Translations under genes and position numbers: made by a program
From: Chara braunii
Taxonomy: Eukaryota > Plantae > Charophyceae
Assembly (NCBI GenBank): GCA_003427395.1
Contig: BFEA01000013.1
Span: forward strand, 1,709,114-1,763,018
Direction of reading: 5' to 3'
Length of the DNA stretch: 53,905 nt
The notes under the pieces: generated by a model
What the model saw: the letters and a program-made list of their open reading frames with translations, nothing else
The model's database searches: none
Told to the model about the DNA's origin: nothing
In this document: positions 48,851 through 53,905 of the stretch, in pieces
Position numbering within the stretch: the first letter of the stretch is position 1
Layout: the number at the start of each line of letters is the position of its first letter

Positions 48851-51800
48851 CCCTGTCAGGCCACTTCAGGCGACCGGAAAGGCAACAGGCTGTCACGCAC
48901 AATTCTGTAGCTTTTGCAATTAAAAAAAAAAAGTAGAGCAAATCCCTTCTTATTGTGTGCGTTCGGCTTCGAGCGAGACCCTTCAATTGCGGTCTTCGTC
49001 AGTCCCACTCCTAGGAATTTTTTATTTTGTTTCGGAACAACAAAAATCATGCAAATAATAATCATGAAATTCTGGTGTGCTATGCATGTATCAATTTTGC
49101 CAATTTAGTAATTTTGATAATTGTGACAAGATGATCAGAGAACACAATCATCAAGTGAAGTTAATGCAAATGAAGCAGGACTAACTGACTCAAGTAATGA
49201 CAAGGACAAATGAGGGAAGAATGAAAACCCGTAATAATCTCAGGGAGTACAGATGAAAGGACACGACCAGCACTCGCCAATAGTTATCAATCATCTCTCT
49301 CAGGTCTCATGCTTAATCTCTCATCCGATACTGCGTTTTGAGCGATGTCTGCATGCTCCGTGAGATTGCGTCCTAAAGATGTAGAGCCACCTAAAACCTG
49401 CAAGTTCTGAACATTTTCATCCAAGGCCCATGATACGGAAGTCAACCATAGCATAAAATTCCTCCCACAGTGTAAGGAGATATGTCTTGGAGAAAATCCC
49501 TCGCCCGAGATGCCGAAACTCCGAAGGTTCGATCACTGCCTCGTAGTCAATTTTTGCAGGAGAAATGTACCTCTTAACTAGATCAACCAAGCCACCCCAA
49601 CAAGAACCGTTTGTGAGAAGGTTACGAGACTGGAGGTCGAGGATAGTCAGTATAGAGTTTGGGTCCAAAGCTACGAATCAACTTGGTACCACTCTCGTGA
49701 AACTTCCTTTCTTTCTCCTCTGGGTATTTTGTTATTGAGATCCAGACCGAGTCGAAGTATTCATAAGTCTCTTTCCCTTTCTTCACATAGGGTCTCATGT
49801 CATGGATGGTGCCGCCTGTGAATCTGGTGAAAACGACAAAGATTGACAGAACCCCTTGTCTAAAACCAACAACACTGGCATATTGGTTTTGGAAAGCATC
49901 TCTTGAAGCAATCCTGTTGAGCTTGGTCAAGACCGACCCCTCGACTAGGAATGATTGAACTGCACTCATGTGCGGAGGTGGATGTTGAAAATGATCCAGT
50001 GTCTTTTGATGAAAACACTGTCTAATTGATATTGATCTCCGAGGCTAATGAAATGACTGAATGCTGATTCATTCTGACCACAGTTTTAAGATAACTCAAA
50101 TGACTGAATGTTGTTCAAATACAAGTCCATGAATACCGATCACTTGGTAGCGGAATGCTGAAAGGGCTGCAAATTATTGAGCGGTGTCTTCTAACTGGGA
50201 TGCTGGTGAGGATTTCGAAAGAAGAGTCCCAACATCGTTGTGCTCACATGAACCTTGCCCTGACCTGCTCCACTGACTCTCTAGCAACGAGCCAGTGCTG
50301 TGAAACTTTCCATTATGGCCACAAAAATAAAATACATATTCGATATACTTCTCTTTCCCGACCATCCGAACTACATGTTCCCTTTGAGCCTGCCTATGAG
50401 AATCCATATCCTAACACACTTTTTTTTTTCATCTCTTTTTCTTATCCCTGCTAGATCTGTACTTCGTCACTAGGACTTCATCTTCTTTTATGATTTCTCC
50501 CCCGCCTCAAGATTTAGGTTGTGGATAAGATAGATTGCAGATAGCCTTGGGGAGGCCCCCACACTCAAAGCGGAAGGTCGCTCTCTGACTCAAAGTCGTT
50601 AATGTTAACTAGGGTGTTTAATAACTGCAGATTACTTCATCGTGGATCGTGTACTACTGCTGGTTCAACGGTGAGGCGGGATCTAAACTGTAGGTGATGA
50701 CTGACTTGAGGCGGTTTGGTTGAGAGTAGCCAATACAGACTCACTGATCAGGGGTGTCTAGGTTGCACTCGTGTGCAGAGATATATGTTGGAATCAATCT
50801 GAATGCCTTTTGACGAGAGACTTGACTGACTGATACAGGTTTGAGGACTAGTCGATAAAATTCATGTAAGAATTAACTTTGATTTATATTTTCAGCTGTG
50901 GAGATACGAGGTGGCCCACTCAGATGTTGACAATAGAAGACAAATTGAGCTCAAGTGTGAATGTCCTGAGGGCTTTCAAGCCCCACCAAAGGTTACTTGC
51001 AGAAGCCGATATCTACGATGACGTTGAATGTAAGATAGCAGAATGATGTCTGTTAGCTAAGATGTTGCCGATAGAGAAAAAAATTTGTTGTGGGGGGGAA
51101 GTGGACTGCTCAAGAGATTTCTGACAAAAACTCAAAGGTATATCGGCTTGGTCTAGGCCCATTCACCGCTGACTGCTTTCCTTGCCTTTTGAACTGTCTT
51201 AAGGGATGAGACTGTGTTGTACAACTCCCCACCTAACTCATGGATATAGAACACATATTCTATGGGCCTATGTCGACCCTCCATCCTCCCAACTACAACA
51301 CCTCCAACACCCTTTTGTAGGTCTTAATCCCATCAAGCAGATCGCCCATCCATCTCCTTGCCTCATCTCGGTAAAATGAGCCTACCATCACAAAAATTTC
51401 CCCGTCACTCATTTATAAAGTAAGACCGACCTTGAGTTACATCCATGCGCCACTCGAGATTTGTCGTCAAACTCTATCTTGGTTAGTACGATATCTGGGA
51501 TATCCCCGAGTAACAACCCTCAATCGAGTATTGCTCAGGTCATCGTCCCCGGTTACATTAGACCCCGGTTACATGAGACCCCACATACCTTACACCTCAC
51601 CGTGACTGCCATATATATGAAAAACATGGGGTTAACGCATCGCAATTAACTGGGCAGACCGGGGGGTATTTACCACCACAGTCACGCTTTAGCTTGCCCG
51701 GTGCAGTGAAGTTTGCCACGCCTTATGTCGTGCAGCTTACACCATCAGTCGGACACGAGAACCATCTCACACTTTTCTAGCCCCTGTGACTTGCCCTATT

Positions 51801-52657
51801 TGCATGCAACTCTTGGTTTCCCAACGCCCTCTCCTGACTTGTCCTAAGTGCGGGCCATGGTCGGTTTCTATTTGCACGTGGCGCACAGGAACTAGGAGCG
51901 GTTGGTCCCCGCTCATAGACCATGTAGGGTGTGATCAGATGCCATTTTTCACATTAACATCCATTTTGTCAAAACGGATATATTAAATTTTTGAATTTTT
52001 GGCCGAAATCCGGTAGGGTGTAATCAGATGCCACTTTTCACATTAACATCCATTTTGCCAAAACGGATATATTATATTTTTGAATTTTTGGCCGAAATCC
52101 GGTCCAAATTGTTAGCTCCTGAGGGTTCGGTGTTCCGGCGTTCCTAGAATGTCGGACCCCCTATATGTATCTGGTCTCCAGCTTAGACCAGATACATCTA
52201 GGGGGTCAAGGAGCCAAAATTTTGGACCGGATTCCGACCCAAAAACTCAATTTTAAGTTCGTTCAAAAAATATAATGTGTCCGTTTTGACGAAATAGCCG
52301 TTCATTGCCGACATCTAGCAAGCTACTTCAAGAGTCACTCGAAAGGTAAAATAAACCCATGTACTCCTTGCCCTTGTGCACATAGCAATTGGTGACCATC
52401 AATAGCACGTGAGATATGTGTTTCTCCCCTTTTCCTTTGGGCTCCGTCGTGGGAGACCATTAGAGTCTATTTTTTGGCCTTCCCTTCTCCAGTGACTACG
52501 AGCTAGGCTCATCCCGCATGCAATCAACGAGTTTATTACCACTACGGCTAGAAGGAGGTTGACGTCAACAACTACTTGAGGTCTCGCGATGCCCCTTCAG
52601 CAGTGACTTTGCATCAATGACACTCTTAGTCTGATTAGACTTCGTAAGTTCATCTTT

Positions 52658-53092
52658 AGGGACCCTCATTCATTCCTACAATGATCACGAAGAGAGCAGA
52701 GAAAGGTCAGTCATGCAGTAAAATGGGTTTCAGAAAGACAAAGTATAGTGAGACACTAAAGCACTGCAAGACTCAGGTTTCAGCGGACTCTGATTATTCT
52801 TGCATTGTGAATTCAGTATGTCAATTTCCAGCATGTTAATTCTAACACGAGAAACTGAGGATCGAATATAAATCATCTGGAGGTTCTCTCCTCAGTTTTT
52901 CGTGTTAGACTCGACATGCTGAAAATTAACATACTGAATTGACAATGCAAGAATAATCAGAGTCTGCTGAAACCTGAGTCTTGCAATGCTTTACTGTCTC
53001 TCTATACTTCTTCTTTCCGAAACCCCTTTTACTGGATGACTGACCTTTCTCTTCTCTCTTCATGGTCATTGTAGGAATCAATCAAGGTCCCT
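52658..53092. other. Long inverted repeat (two ~204-nt arms, 27-nt loop); candidate hairpin-RNA precursor
   Basis: 52658-52861 pairs with 52889-53092, with isolated mismatches and almost no indels. Confidence 0.9.
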
Positions 53093-53840
53093 CGCTCGGG
53101 TGAGCGGTTCGCGTTGTGTATCAACTGCGAGGGGCAACTAAGCGTGACCTGGGTGTGTGTGGTTTCACAGGTTAGGGGGACGTGCGACCCCTCGTCCCCT
53201 TAACTTTTACGTGTGTCCTCGCGTTTATTCTTATTCTTATTAATTCTATTTTTATTTTCATACTTTTATTGTTATTGATGTCTTTGACTTAGTCACTTAG
53301 GTGACCGGTTCCTAGACTAACATCGGGACCTACGGGCCTGGATCGACTATTACGCCGTCGGACACGGGTGATTGATACGGTAGTCGAAGACCTTAAGCAT
53401 CTGCCTCGTTTCTGCGGGCCCATCGGAGCTCCCGCGTGATCGGGGCACTGACAAAATTCCTCTATCCTAACTACGTTGAAGCACGGACCGAAGATATCAA
53501 TATGCGTGAGAGTGGTGGGGTCCGTGGTTGTGGCTTCCCTTGCTTCCCATTTGGAAAGCGCCGATAGCCTAAAATGTAAGGGAATTGGAGAATATTCCGA
53601 ACGGGTCTGTGGGTTTGCAGCAACGAGAATGGCAGGGGTCGATGTGGGTGCACCGTCCGCTAGCCACCCATGCAGCTTGTTGCAACACCTGTTTGCTGAA
53701 ACCGGTTGCAGGAACCTGTTGCTTGCTGCATCCGGTTGCATGAATCGGTTGTTGTAACCAGTTTCAACCATTTTTTTCCTTTTTTTTTCCCCCTGAAGAT
53801 GACCTGGACTAGATCCAGAAGTTATGAAACACAGAAACTT

Positions 53841-53903
<63 letters not shown>

Positions 53904-53905
53904 TT

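Noticed and set aside
51726-53453. Solo LTR bounded by TGTCGTGC...GCACTGACA
   Set aside because: No TSD and no second copy in the window, so the boundaries are unsupported

Overview
Repeat-dense eukaryotic DNA, probably from a plant or streptophyte (plant-type U6 and tRNA-Asp PBS sequence). I see no intact host gene. The window is a nest of decayed Ty3/gypsy-like LTR retroelements. Element A has an LTR ending at 4013, a tRNA-Asp PBS, a duplicated LTR-end/PBS/leader, extra ORFs, and gag at about 37-38 kb followed by a ~91-bp array. Element B (4039-25763, 4-bp TSD) interrupts A just after its PBS; it is gag-only and has very long ~5.5-kb LTRs. B's 3' LTR is interrupted in turn by a related 8.1-kb LTR-like element C (13746-21836). 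The most striking signal is that both B LTRs carry a mosaic of host structural RNAs: a U6 snRNA derivative with a hairpin inserted after the ACAGAGA box, and 25S/28S rRNA peptidyl-transferase-centre pieces in permuted order. Another LSU piece lies at ~44.1 kb. Element C holds an array of six hairpins with a constant 20-nt loop and different, co-varying stems. Also present: hAT-type MITEs, TTAA-flanked MITEs, a 73-bp (TA)n-embedded element, a 435-nt hairpin with transversion mismatches, several minisatellites, assembly gaps and a Nextera mate-pair adaptor artefact. All similarity calls are by eye against remembered reference sequences, not database searches.
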